This document shows positions 26,172-37,189 of a DNA stretch of 54,304 nt, piece by piece. Position numbers and translations under genes: made by a program. This DNA is from Myxococcales bacterium (GTDB taxonomy: Bacteria; Myxococcota_A; UBA9042). Positions within the stretch are counted from its first letter, which is position 1, and each line of letters opens with the position of its first letter. The notes beneath the pieces are model-generated. The model did no database searches, was not told where the DNA came from, and was given only the letters and a program-made list of their open reading frames with translations. The stretch spans positions 1 to 54,304 of the forward strand of contig JBBISH010000029.1 of the NCBI GenBank assembly GCA_037441385.1, read 5' to 3'.

Positions 26172-27284
26172 ATGCGTGCGATTGCAATGACCTGGGCAGT
26201 AGCGCTGGTGGTCGTTGGTGCCGGCTGCGAACAAGAGGATGCCGACGCCAAGCTGACCTCGGCGGGTGGCGCAGGCGCCGATGCCAATGGCAGCCAAGAT
26301 GGCTCCAGCAATTTGGACGCGTTGGGCAGTAAAGACGGCGGCCTGAAAGAAGTGCTGATTCTGGATGCCAACAATCCGGGCGGCTACGCCACGGTCTGCG
26401 CCAAGAACGACGACTGCAAATCCAAGGGCCTCAACTGCTACGAGACCAATCCCGCCACGGGCGCTGGCATCTGCTCGTCGCTTTGCAGCACGAGCGCCGA
26501 ATGCCCAGTCGGCCTGTTCTGCAACCCGCAGTCAGGCAATCTGATTTGCACGCCGCCGCGCTTCTGCAATCCCTGCGGGCAAGACTCGGACTGCTGGGAC
26601 GCCTCGCCCGGCATCAACAACGACAAGGTCTTTTGCCTCAAGGGCGCCAACGGCAACTTCTGTAGCCAACACTGCGCGCTGGGCGACTCCACTTGTGGCC
26701 CGGCGTCGACCTGCAAGCAATTCGGCTCGGGCATCGACGATTTTGCATGCCAGCCCGACGCGGGCACCTGCAAGGGCGACGGCAGCGCATGCAGCCCCTG
26801 CAACGGCCCGGGGGACTGCGGCGCGGGCCTGGATTGCCACTACGCCGCCAGCACCGGCGAGCGCTTCTGCGCCCAGTTCTGCACCATGGGAGCGGCCGGC
26901 GGCTGCCCCGCCGGGACGATCTGCAGCCAGCCTAAGGGTTCGAGCAAAGCCTATTGTTTCAAGAATGTGGGCGGCAAGGGCGTAGAGACCTGCGCGCAGG
27001 GAACCAAGCAGTTCTGCGAGTCGTGCAAGGCCGACTACGAGTGCGCCTCGGGCCGCTGTGCCCTGAAGAACGGCGCCAGCTACTGCGCGCACCCCAGCGC
27101 CTGCACCAGCAACAACGACTGCCCCTACGGTGGCGAGGCCACCTTCTGCGTCCCCAGCGACAACGGCGTGGGGGCCATCTGCGCACCGCCGATCTCGTGG
27201 GGCTGCATGGGCTTTTTGTCGTGTTTGGGCCACCCGTGCAACGGCGATCAGAAGTGCGTCAAAGGCCAGTGTGTTGCCGGATAG
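26172..27284 (+). CDS. Cysteine-rich repeat lipoprotein
   Basis: Lipobox 'VVVGAGC' after a hydrophobic stretch; repeated 'C..C..D.DC....C' modules; GGAG SD. Confidence 0.8.
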   Translation: MRAIAMTWAVALVVVGAGCEQEDADAKLTSAGGAGADANGSQDGSSNLDALGSKDGGLKEVLILDANNPGGYATVCAKNDDCKSKGLNCYETNPATGAGICSSLCSTSAECPVGLFCNPQSGNLICTPPRFCNPCGQDSDCWDASPGINNDKVFCLKGANGNFCSQHCALGDSTCGPASTCKQFGSGIDDFACQPDAGTCKGDGSACSPCNGPGDCGAGLDCHYAASTGERFCAQFCTMGAAGGCPAGTICSQPKGSSKAYCFKNVGGKGVETCAQGTKQFCESCKADYECASGRCALKNGASYCAHPSACTSNNDCPYGGEATFCVPSDNGVGAICAPPISWGCMGFLSCLGHPCNGDQKCVKGQCVAG

Positions 27285-27331
27285 CGGCCCCAGTTGATCG
27301 GCGCGACCGTGGCGATCTCGGGTGGGCGCGG

Positions 27332-27360
27332 TTGACATGGCTTCCCTTCAACCCTAGACT
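27332..27360 (+). promoter_or_regulatory. Sigma-70-type promoter
   Basis: TTGACA, 17-nt spacer, TAGACT, upstream of the PxxKW gene. Confidence 0.7.
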
Positions 27361-27504
27361 GCGCGCCGCTTTTGCCCCGCCCGGCCTGGCCGTCTGCGGG
27401 GCGCCGCCGCCTGTGCACCCCGCCATGCTCGCAAAGGTCGAGCCAGAGCGAACGGTGCCGCCAGGTTGCGCTTGCCCGACCGACCGGTCGACCCGAGGAA
27501 TCCC

Positions 27505-27771
27505 ATGAGCGACGCCATCAACGCTCCCGCCGCCGATGCCGCCACCGTAGCCCGTTTCGCCAAGTTCGGCTTCCAGGCCGTGGCTTCGCAGTGTGTCGGC
27601 TGCGGCCACGTCCGCCTGTCGGACAGCGTGGCCTACTGCAACGTGTACCAGAACCCCGCGGCCAAGTGGGCTGGCGGCATGTGCAATTTCGCGACGCACG
27701 CCAAGGTCGAGAAGAAGGTTGACACCAAGATGGTCAACCCGTTGAAGGCCAGCAAGCGCGGCGGCAAGTAA
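27505..27771 (+). CDS. PxxKW family cysteine-rich small protein
   Basis: 'CVGCGHV...CNVYQNPAAKWAGGMCNFATH...KMVNPLKASKR'; GAGGA SD. Confidence 0.85.
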   Translation: MSDAINAPAADAATVARFAKFGFQAVASQCVGCGHVRLSDSVAYCNVYQNPAAKWAGGMCNFATHAKVEKKVDTKMVNPLKASKRGGK

Positions 27772-27817
27772 GCTCGCTAGAGTATTGGACCCATCTCACC
27801 CGCTGCGGGGTGCTGCC

Positions 27818-28597
27818 ATGGACGAGTTGGTACTGGTCGATCGCCAAGAAGCGGTGGCCATCGTGTCCATCAACCGGCCCAAGGCTCTCAACGCGTTGAA
27901 TATGCAGGTGCTCGTGCGCCTGGATCAACGGTTGGACGAGCTGGCAGTCGACCCCGCGGTGGGTGCAGTCGTTTTGACCGGCGCCGGCGACCGTGCCTTC
28001 GTCGCTGGCGCCGACATTGCCGCCATGCAGCCCTTTGGCGCGGCCGAGGCGGAGCAATTCAGCCGGGCCGGCGCGGCCATCATGCAAAAGATCGCGGCGA
28101 TGCGTTTTGCCGTGATCGCGGCGGTCAACGGTTTCGCCTTGGGTGGTGGCCTGGAGCTGGCGCTGGCGTGCGACATCGTGCTCGCCTCGACCAAGGCCAA
28201 GCTGGGCGTGCCCGAGACGACCCTGGGCGTCATCCCCGGCTTTGGCGGCACGCAGCGGCTCGTGCGCATCCTGGGCCGTCACGGCGCCAAGCGCTGGACT
28301 TTGAGTGGCGACGTTTTTGGCGCGGACGAGGCGCTGCGGTTGGGTGTCGTGCAGGAGCTGCACGAGCCAGAGGCGCTGCTGCCCAAGGCCATCGAGCTCG
28401 CGGCGCGCATCGCCTCGCGCGGTCCGCTGGCGGTCGCTGAGGCCAAGCGCGTCATCGAAGCAGGCGCCGATGTCGGTCTGCCAGCTGCGATTGAGTTGGA
28501 ATCGCAAGCGTTTGGTCGCTGCTTTGCCACTGCGGACCAGAAAGAAGGCATGGCCGCGTTCTTGGCCAAGCGTCCGGCGCAGTTCAGCGGTAACTAA
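27818..28597 (+). CDS. Enoyl-CoA hydratase/crotonase family protein
   Basis: 'INRPKALNALN', 'AFVAGADI', 'AVNGFALGGGLELALACD', 'PETTLGVIPGFGGTQRL', 'DQKEGMAAFLAKR'. Confidence 0.93.
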   Translation: MDELVLVDRQEAVAIVSINRPKALNALNMQVLVRLDQRLDELAVDPAVGAVVLTGAGDRAFVAGADIAAMQPFGAAEAEQFSRAGAAIMQKIAAMRFAVIAAVNGFALGGGLELALACDIVLASTKAKLGVPETTLGVIPGFGGTQRLVRILGRHGAKRWTLSGDVFGADEALRLGVVQELHEPEALLPKAIELAARIASRGPLAVAEAKRVIEAGADVGLPAAIELESQAFGRCFATADQKEGMAAFLAKRPAQFSGN

Positions 28598-28632
28598 ATC
28601 TCGGCAGCCACGCCGGCGGATTGGCCGCGGAT

Positions 28633-30498
28633 CTAGTCGCCGGCTGGGCGCAATTCGACCTGCACCGTCGCGCGGCTGCCATCCAGGCGGACTTCGGCGC
28701 GCAGGTCGGTGTCACCACGGCGCATGTGCACCAAGTGGGTCCCTAGCGGCAAGCGCCCCAGACTGCGGCGCGCGCCGTTGGCCAGAGGTTGCAGTGCCAA
28801 CTGATCCAGGCCCACGTCCACGCTGCCCCCGCTGCGGTTGATCAGCTCGATCTCAACTTGTTGGGCATTCGGGCCGGCAACTTGGACCTGCTGGGTCGGC
28901 AAGACGTGGGCCGTGCGCGGGTTGGGATCCTGCCCCGGCGCCGCCACTTGACCGTGCACGGCGCCCGGACCGGCCGGCAGCATCACCGAGCGACCTGGCG
29001 CCACCGTCGCCACTTTGCGGCCGTCGATCCACAGCGCAAAGGCCTGGTCCGAGTCGTTGTCGAGATGCAGCGCCCCGCCGGGCGGCGTGAATTGGACCTC
29101 GCCGTGGTCGCCGTCGTGCACGTCGATCCGGGCCGTCTCGCGCCATTGTGCAGAAGGTACGCGGGCCTCGATGCGGTGCCGGCCCGCCAGCAGCGGCAAT
29201 CGGTAGTCCCCGTTGGGCCGAATGGTGCCGGCACGGCGCTCGTCCACGTACAGTTCGACCGCCGTGTTCCAACTGCTCTTGGCCACCACGTAGGTCGACG
29301 CCGCGGCAATGTTCCACACCGCTTCTTGGTTGCCGCGCAAGAACATCTTGACATCCAATGGCTTATCTCGACCTGGCAAGTTCGCGGTTAGGGCCAGCTT
29401 GCCCGCCGGCACCCTCAGCATCGCCCGCGTGCCCGTGCCCATCGGCAGCGGCCCCAGGGTCGGCACTTCGACTTGGATCGGTTGGCCCGAGGCGTTGACC
29501 AGCCGCAACGTGGCAACCGGGCGGCGAATGTCCCATTGCAGCGTTGCCGGGCCGCGTTTGCGGATGTCCAGACGATAGGGGAGGCCAGAGCGCTGGCCGG
29601 TCAGCACCACCCCGTATTCGCCGCGCGGCAGGCTCCAGGTCAGTTTGGCGCGCGGCGCCACCGTGGCCGCCACGTCGCGCAAACCTGAGGGGGTATCCAA
29701 GGCTTCGCCGGTTCGATTGTGCAGCGCCACGCGCACCCGCGGCGAAGCGCGCTCGCGCGGATCGTCGGCCTGAGCTACCTCGCGCACCACCTTGCCCGAG
29801 TCGCGCGCTGCCCACTGCACTTCGTGGCCGCCTGGCGCAAATCCCAGGGCCACCAGCTTGGCGCCGGCTTCGACGTTGCCCAGCGCCCGCCCGTCCACCG
29901 CCAGCGCGGCCAGTTCGTCCAACGGATTCTGCAGGCGGAGCGCGCCTTGCGGTGCCGGCAAGCGGAGCTGCACGGTCGCGCCGGGGCGCAGCTTGAGCGT
30001 CGTTGCCCACACTGCGGAACTCCGCAGCGACTTGGCCTGGATCTCGCGTTCGCCGGCAATGATGGGACCCAGTGTGCGCTTTTCGCCGGGGGCCAGCCGC
30101 GCCACGACGGAGCCGTCCAGCGCCAGGGCCTGCGGCTCCCCCGTCAAATTGGTCACGGCCAGCGTTGCGCCCGGGGTCGCCAGCGTCACGATGCGCCGCT
30201 CGCCCAGGCCAATGGTGGCCTGACCGCGGTACAGCCAACCGGATGTGCTGGCGGTCCAGGCCACTTCAGGACCCGGCGAGCACCACCGCGCCACCCGGTA
30301 GCCTGCCAATTGTCTAGGAGTCACGCCAGGAAGCGTGATGGTCATCGGCTTGGCGCCAATGTTGCGCAGCAGCAGTTGCCGATCGCAGGTGGCGCTGGCG
30401 TCGCCCGCCAGCCCAACCTCTTCGGCTTGGGCCGAGCCAGCCTGCAACAGCCCGGTCAGAGCGGTCCCAACTAGAAGAATCCCGAGGTTCAGTTGCAT
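28633..30498 (-). CDS. Secreted protein made of tandem beta-sandwich (PEGA-like) repeats
   Basis: Signal peptide 'MQLNLGILLVGTALTGLLQAGSAQA'; recurring 'L.L.N......L.VDG...G.V.PG......L..G.H' units. Upstream in-frame ATG at 30618 also possible. Confidence 0.6.
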   Translation of the reverse strand: MQLNLGILLVGTALTGLLQAGSAQAEEVGLAGDASATCDRQLLLRNIGAKPMTITLPGVTPRQLAGYRVARWCSPGPEVAWTASTSGWLYRGQATIGLGERRIVTLATPGATLAVTNLTGEPQALALDGSVVARLAPGEKRTLGPIIAGEREIQAKSLRSSAVWATTLKLRPGATVQLRLPAPQGALRLQNPLDELAALAVDGRALGNVEAGAKLVALGFAPGGHEVQWAARDSGKVVREVAQADDPRERASPRVRVALHNRTGEALDTPSGLRDVAATVAPRAKLTWSLPRGEYGVVLTGQRSGLPYRLDIRKRGPATLQWDIRRPVATLRLVNASGQPIQVEVPTLGPLPMGTGTRAMLRVPAGKLALTANLPGRDKPLDVKMFLRGNQEAVWNIAAASTYVVAKSSWNTAVELYVDERRAGTIRPNGDYRLPLLAGRHRIEARVPSAQWRETARIDVHDGDHGEVQFTPPGGALHLDNDSDQAFALWIDGRKVATVAPGRSVMLPAGPGAVHGQVAAPGQDPNPRTAHVLPTQQVQVAGPNAQQVEIELINRSGGSVDVGLDQLALQPLANGARRSLGRLPLGTHLVHMRRGDTDLRAEVRLDGSRATVQVELRPAGD

Positions 30499-30612
30499 AC
30501 GCCTTGCACTTGCGGCACCGATTGGCCGCCGGGCATGGTACCAAGCGCGCGGGCGAAATACCACGCAAGTTCCGGGGGCCTTGGCGCACTGCCGGCGAGC
30601 GGGCCGGTCCCT

Positions 30613-30747
30613 GCTCATACGCACCCCACCTGATCCACGCCTGTACGGCTTCCCGGACCCGCCATGCAACTGGCGAGAATCAGGCGGGGACCCCGGTTCG
30701 GGCCCGAAGAATTGCCCGAGTTTTCGATCCGATTCGGACGGAACCGG
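30613..30747 (-). repeat. ~135-bp structured dispersed repeat, copy 1
   Basis: Near-identical to 37964-38097; contains an 18-bp imperfect stem CCCCGCCTGATTCTCGCC/GGCGTGGATCAGGTGGGG on the minus strand. Confidence 0.9.
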
Positions 30748-30765
30748 TTCCAGTCCACACCAGAT

Positions 30766-31926
30766 TCAGTCCGCATCCGTGTCAAAAAGTTCCTGGGCGA
30801 ACAAGTGCGGGTCAAAATCGCGCAAATCACTCATCCGCTCGCCTACGCCCACCAGCTTGACGGGCAGCCGCAGCTGCTCGGCAATCGCAAGCACCACGCC
30901 GCCCTTGGCCGTGCCGTCCAGCTTGGTCAGCACGATGCCCGACACGGCCACCGCATCGCGGAACTGTTCGGCCTGCTTGACCGCGTTCTGACCCATGGTT
31001 GCGTCCAGCACCAGCAGCACTTCGTGGGGCGCGCCGGCCTGGGCCTTGCCGCAGACGCGCCACGACTTCTTGAGCTCTTCCATCAGATTGTGGTTGGTGT
31101 GCAGCCGCCCGGCGGTGTCGACGATGACCAGATCGAAGCCCTCGGCCTTGCCGCGCTCTACGGCCGCAAACGCCACGCTGGCCGGATCCGCGCCGTCCTT
31201 GCCGCGGTGAATCGGCACACCGGCGCGCTGGCACCACACTTCCAGCTGATCCACGGCCGCGGCGCGGTAGGTATCGCCCGCGGCAACCAGCACTTTCTTG
31301 CCCTCGCCGGCCAGGCGGTGCGCCAGCTTGCCGATGGTCGTGGTCTTGCCCGAGCCGTTTACACCCACCACCATCCATACGGCCGGTCCGTCGGCGGCTG
31401 CCGTGACCAGCGGGCGGGCCCCAACCGACACCAACAGGTCTTCGGACTTCTGCCGCAGACGCTGCCACACCGCCGCGGGGTCGCTCAGTTCCTTCTTGGC
31501 CGCTTCGGCTTTCAGTTCGGCGATCAGGCTTTGGGTGGTCTTGACGCCCAGATCGGCGCGGAACAGGACCTCTTCGATCTGCTCGACCAGCGCGTCGTCC
31601 AACTGGTGCTCGCCAAAAAGCTTGGTCAGGCGGGCGACAAAGCCTTCTTGGCGGGTCTTCTTCAAGCCGGCACGCAGGTACTCCTGCTCGGTCGATCGGC
31701 CCTTGTTCGCCGCGACTTGCGTGGCCTGTTCCAGCAACACGTCGCGGCGCGTGGGGCCGTCCAGATCGGCCATGCGCTGCTGTTGCTGGCCGCGCTGGGC
31801 CCGCAGCACCCGCCACGCCACCAGGCCCACCAGCACCAGCATGGCGACCAGCGCGGCAATTCCGCCGGGCGACAGGCCCTCGCTGGGGGTTGCCTGGGCC
31901 AGCAGCAGTCCAATTCCCACTTGCAT
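30766..31926 (-). CDS. ftsY: Signal recognition particle receptor FtsY
   Basis: 'GVNGSGKTTTIGKLA', 'DTYRAAAVDQL', 'DTAGRLH', 'DATMGQN', 'TKLDGTAKGG'; N-terminal TM anchor. Confidence 0.96.
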   Translation of the reverse strand: MQVGIGLLLAQATPSEGLSPGGIAALVAMLVLVGLVAWRVLRAQRGQQQQRMADLDGPTRRDVLLEQATQVAANKGRSTEQEYLRAGLKKTRQEGFVARLTKLFGEHQLDDALVEQIEEVLFRADLGVKTTQSLIAELKAEAAKKELSDPAAVWQRLRQKSEDLLVSVGARPLVTAAADGPAVWMVVGVNGSGKTTTIGKLAHRLAGEGKKVLVAAGDTYRAAAVDQLEVWCQRAGVPIHRGKDGADPASVAFAAVERGKAEGFDLVIVDTAGRLHTNHNLMEELKKSWRVCGKAQAGAPHEVLLVLDATMGQNAVKQAEQFRDAVAVSGIVLTKLDGTAKGGVVLAIAEQLRLPVKLVGVGERMSDLRDFDPHLFAQELFDTDAD

Positions 31927-32089
31927 CCTGAGCTCGCGTCCCGCGGCGGCGGGCGGCGCAAATTAGTGGCGACGGCCGCATAGATCAAGCGCAACCTGCC
32001 ACGTGCGCGGTTGCCGGCCCGGCGCTTGTCACGGCCGTGCGCTCAGTTCAGAATCCGCGGCCGTTCGCTTGCATGAGGCCCACAACACC

Positions 32090-33586
<1,497 letters not shown>

Positions 33587-33630
33587 AACGATCGATCCGG
33601 GGAAACCACTTGCAGTTTTTTGGGGGTTCC

Positions 33631-34149
33631 ATGGGCACTGAGTATTCCGTCAGCCGCGGCGGACACAGCCGCAGCGTCGAACTGATCGCCGACCGCGGCC
33701 ACGAAGTCGTGCTGCGCAGCGAGGGCCGCGAGATCGTGCTGCAATTGCACCGCCTGCCGGATGGCCGCACCGCCGTGCGCAGCGAGGGACTGGGCCAGAT
33801 CTTGGCGCGCCACTACCGCGAGCGCGGCGAAGTGGTGGTGGTGGCTGGCCATCAGGACTATCGCTACGAGGTCGCCGACGTCCGCGAGAGTTGGCTGCAG
33901 GGCGGCGCCGGTGGCAAGGGCGGCAAAGGCGGCCACATCAAGGCCTCGATGCCGGGCCGGGTGGTGCGCTTGACCGTGCAGCCCGGCGACGTGGTGCCCG
34001 AGGGCGGCGTGGTCGCGGTGCTTGAGGCGATGAAGATGGAAAACGACGTGCGCGCCGCCGCGGGCGGCGTGGTCAAGAGCGTGTCCGTGACCGTGGGCCA
34101 GGCGGTGGAAACAGGCGCCGTGCTTGTAGAATTGGAGGCTGCGTCGTGA
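33631..34149 (+). CDS. accB: Biotin carboxyl carrier protein
   Basis: 'IKASMPGRVV', biotinylation motif 'EAMKMEN'. Confidence 0.85.
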   Translation: MGTEYSVSRGGHSRSVELIADRGHEVVLRSEGREIVLQLHRLPDGRTAVRSEGLGQILARHYRERGEVVVVAGHQDYRYEVADVRESWLQGGAGGKGGKGGHIKASMPGRVVRLTVQPGDVVPEGGVVAVLEAMKMENDVRAAAGGVVKSVSVTVGQAVETGAVLVELEAAS

Positions 34150-35063
34150 GCGGAGCCATCGATTGCGTCGAGCTGCAGCTCACGTTGCCCGAGCGCATCC
34201 TGCCGCAGCTAGAAGGTGTGCTGTGGCTGCTGTCGCCCAATGGCATCCAGGTCGAAGACGCGCTGTGTCTGGCGGGCGGCGATTTGGACCAGGGCTACTC
34301 GCGCGTGCGCCTGTACGTGGCGCCCGAGCACGCGGAAGCGGCGGTGGCGGCGTTGCGCCGGCAGGGCGAGCAACTGGGCCTGGCCATCGACGTGATCGCC
34401 CGCGAAGTGGAGCAGCAGGACTGGAATCGCGTTTGGAAGCTGCACTACAAGCCGATCGACCTGGGCGGGCGCCTGCGCATCGAGCCAGCGTGGGAGCAGG
34501 GCCCGGATCGCCCCGGCTTGGTGCGGATCGCCATCGATCCCGGCATGGCCTTTGGCACCGGCAGCCACGAGACCACGCAATTGTGTGCCCAAGCGCTGCT
34601 CCATTGGTCGGACGAGCAGGGCGCGCGCGCGATCGACCTGTCCAAGCTGCGCGCCCTGGACCTGGGGACCGGCTCGGCGATCCTGGCGATCCTGGCGGCG
34701 CGCCTGGGTGTGGGGCACGCGGTGGGCACCGAGGTCGATGCCGCGGCCCTGACCACGGCCCGCACCAACCTGGCGCTCAATCACGTGCAGGATCAAGTCA
34801 CGCTGCTGCATTCCGGCGATCCGCAGGTGGTGGCGCCCGAGCGGTTCCCATTGGTGGTCGCCAACATCCTGGCCAGCGTGCTGGTGCCGCTGTGTCCCCA
34901 AGTCGTGGGGACCGTGCAGCCTGGGGGGGCGCTGATCCTCTCGGGCATCCTGGCCCGCGAGTCGGACGAAGTGGCGCAAGTGTACGTCGATCAAGGCATG
35001 CAGCTGCAGAGCACGGCGACGCAAGGCGCGTGGGCCTGCCTGGTCTTGCGCGCCCCGGACTAG
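34146..35063 (+). CDS. prmA: Ribosomal protein L11 methyltransferase
   Basis: 'QDWNRVWK.HYKP', 'IDPGMAFGTGSHETT', 'LDLGTGSAILAI', 'VVANIL', 'LILSGIL'. Confidence 0.93.
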   Translation: MSGAIDCVELQLTLPERILPQLEGVLWLLSPNGIQVEDALCLAGGDLDQGYSRVRLYVAPEHAEAAVAALRRQGEQLGLAIDVIAREVEQQDWNRVWKLHYKPIDLGGRLRIEPAWEQGPDRPGLVRIAIDPGMAFGTGSHETTQLCAQALLHWSDEQGARAIDLSKLRALDLGTGSAILAILAARLGVGHAVGTEVDAAALTTARTNLALNHVQDQVTLLHSGDPQVVAPERFPLVVANILASVLVPLCPQVVGTVQPGGALILSGILARESDEVAQVYVDQGMQLQSTATQGAWACLVLRAPD

Positions 35064-35069
35064 CCCAAG

Positions 35070-35831
35070 ATGCGGCAACTCCTTGTAAGTCTGGGCGAGA
35101 TCACTGGCGATTGCTTGTCGGTACCAGCCGAGGTCCGCCATCGGCTGGATCGTGTCTTGCGCCTGGCGCCGGGCACCGCGTTGACCCTGGCCGACGGGGC
35201 AGGGCGCCGCGTGCACGTCCGCTACCAGCAAGAGGTCTTTCAGATCGACCACGTTGAGCCGACTCAACCTCTGCCTGCCGTGGCTGTGACGTTGGCTGCG
35301 GGCCTCATCAAGGGCGACCGTTGGGACTGGCTGGTCGAAAAAGCAGCGGAACTGGGCGTGGATACGTTGGTGCCGCTGGCGTGCGATCACAGCGTCGTGC
35401 GGATCGACCCGAGCAAGGCGGCGGACAAGCAGGCCCGCTGGCAGTCGATTGCCCAAGAAGCGTTCGAGCAGTGTGGCCGTGCGCACCTGTGCCGGGTGGC
35501 CGCGCCGACTACGATCGCGCAATTTGTGCACTCGCTCGCTGGTGAATTACCTCTGCAAATTGCCGCATTTACCTGTGACGAAGCCATGCCTCCCCTGGGT
35601 CTGCAGCGCGGTGTGCAGCGCGCCTTGGCGGCGAGTCAAGAAATTCGGCAGGTCGTGGTGGTGGTAGGGCCCGAGGGCGGTCTGTCGGCAGTCGAGTGGA
35701 ATTGCCTAGATCATGCAGGATTTGAACGGGTTTGCCTGAGCCGGGCCGTTCTGCGCGCCGAGACGGCCGGGCTGGCGGCGGCCTTGATCGTTCGCGACGC
35801 AATTGATGCCAATTTGACAGCCGTGCGCTAG
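35070..35831 (+). CDS. rsmE: 16S rRNA m3U1498 methyltransferase
   Basis: 'RVLRL', 'KGDRWDWLVEKAAELGV', 'EAFEQCGR', 'VGPEGGLS', 'VLRAETA'; follows prmA. Confidence 0.92.
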   Translation: MRQLLVSLGEITGDCLSVPAEVRHRLDRVLRLAPGTALTLADGAGRRVHVRYQQEVFQIDHVEPTQPLPAVAVTLAAGLIKGDRWDWLVEKAAELGVDTLVPLACDHSVVRIDPSKAADKQARWQSIAQEAFEQCGRAHLCRVAAPTTIAQFVHSLAGELPLQIAAFTCDEAMPPLGLQRGVQRALAASQEIRQVVVVVGPEGGLSAVEWNCLDHAGFERVCLSRAVLRAETAGLAAALIVRDAIDANLTAVR

Positions 35832-36178
35832 ATCATGCCGAATTCAAAGCGATAATCAGAATGACACCACACCCCCTGCCCTGACCGGCCACAGTGCGAT
35901 CCAAGTGCGTGTGTCCTGATTCAAGTGGCGAAAATCAAATCGAAACACCAAGCGTGTCACGGCTCTGTCGCGGGCAATGCGCGAGCGACAGGTAACGGCT
36001 TGTAAAGCAAAAGCTATCTGTCAAACATCCGCTGCTGGCCGGCCTAATGGCGGTTTTTGGTTGTCGCAGGCCGGCGGCTCGCGTACCTTCGTTCGGCGTC
36101 GCTGTTCCTGGACATGTGAACGCGCAGCCCACCACGCGCCAACGCCTACTACGCCCCTCTGGGGCGCGGGACCACTGC

Positions 36179-37183
36179 ATGACGTTGAAAAAGAACCCCT
36201 TGTTCCTTGGCACCCTGCCGCCGCTGCTGGCAATGCTGCTGGCCCCGCTGCTCGCCCTGGTGGTCGCCGCGGGCACGCTTGGCGCTGCCGGTACCGCCCT
36301 GGCCAGTTCGAGCGACAGCCAAGAAATCGGCGAGGACCAGACGATCTCGCCCGAGGATCTGCGCGAACTGGGCATCAGCCCCGACGCGACCGAAGAGGGG
36401 GCACAGCGATCGTTTGGCGCCTCTACCCGCAACACCATCCGGCTCGGCAAGACGGTCGCCAAGTTGGGCGACACGGTGCGCGCGGTGGCCTATCGCTACT
36501 TTACGTCGCCGTCGCTGGTGGCCCTGGTCAACCACATTCCGTTTGCTCGCGGCGCGGATCCGGTCTTGCCGGTTGGCACGACGGTGCAGGTCCCGATCGC
36601 GCACGGCTCGGTGTCGGGCTTTGGCGAGGGCGCGCAACTGCTGCCCGGCCCTGGCATTCAAATGGGCGAAAACCTGGATCGCAAGTGGGGCCGGCCCCAG
36701 ACCGTGCAGCTGCTGCGCCAGGCGTTTGCCGATGTGGCCCGCCGCTGGCCGCAGCGCCACCCAGCGATCGTCGGCTCGCTGTCGCGTCAAGGGGGCGGCA
36801 AGCTGGGGCGGCACAAGTCGCATCGCTCGGGCCAAGACGTGGACATCGGCTACTACACCAAGGAAGCCAACCGCAAGGACTGGGGCACGCCGGCGCTAGA
36901 CGACATCGACTACGAGCGCACCTGGCACCTGGTCGACTACCTGGAACAGACCGGCCACGTGGCGGCGATCTTCATGGCGCCCGCGGTCCAGCGCCGGCTC
37001 TACGCGTACGCCGTCACCAAGGGCGTGGCCGAAACGCGCCTGCGCAGCCTGTTCCAATACGGCCCCAAGGGCAGCAATGGTGGCGCACTGATTCGCAATT
37101 CGCCCGGCCACCGCGACCACCTGCACCTGCGGCTGTGGATCCCCGAAGACATGAAGGACATCCGCGCCGATCTGGGCGTGTGA
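36179..37183 (+). CDS. LysM-containing penicillin-insensitive murein endopeptidase (MepA-like)
   Basis: Signal peptide; LysM-like 'GDTVRAVAYRY....LVALVN'; 'HKSHRSGQDVDIGY' and 'HRDHLHLR' zinc motifs. Confidence 0.85.
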   Translation: MTLKKNPLFLGTLPPLLAMLLAPLLALVVAAGTLGAAGTALASSSDSQEIGEDQTISPEDLRELGISPDATEEGAQRSFGASTRNTIRLGKTVAKLGDTVRAVAYRYFTSPSLVALVNHIPFARGADPVLPVGTTVQVPIAHGSVSGFGEGAQLLPGPGIQMGENLDRKWGRPQTVQLLRQAFADVARRWPQRHPAIVGSLSRQGGGKLGRHKSHRSGQDVDIGYYTKEANRKDWGTPALDDIDYERTWHLVDYLEQTGHVAAIFMAPAVQRRLYAYAVTKGVAETRLRSLFQYGPKGSNGGALIRNSPGHRDHLHLRLWIPEDMKDIRADLGV

Positions 37184-37189
37184 ACGCCG

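Noticed and set aside
35832..36178. Lower-GC 350-bp intergenic region as an ncRNA
   Set aside because: No convincing stem-loops or known RNA motif seen; most simply the promoter region of the endopeptidase gene.
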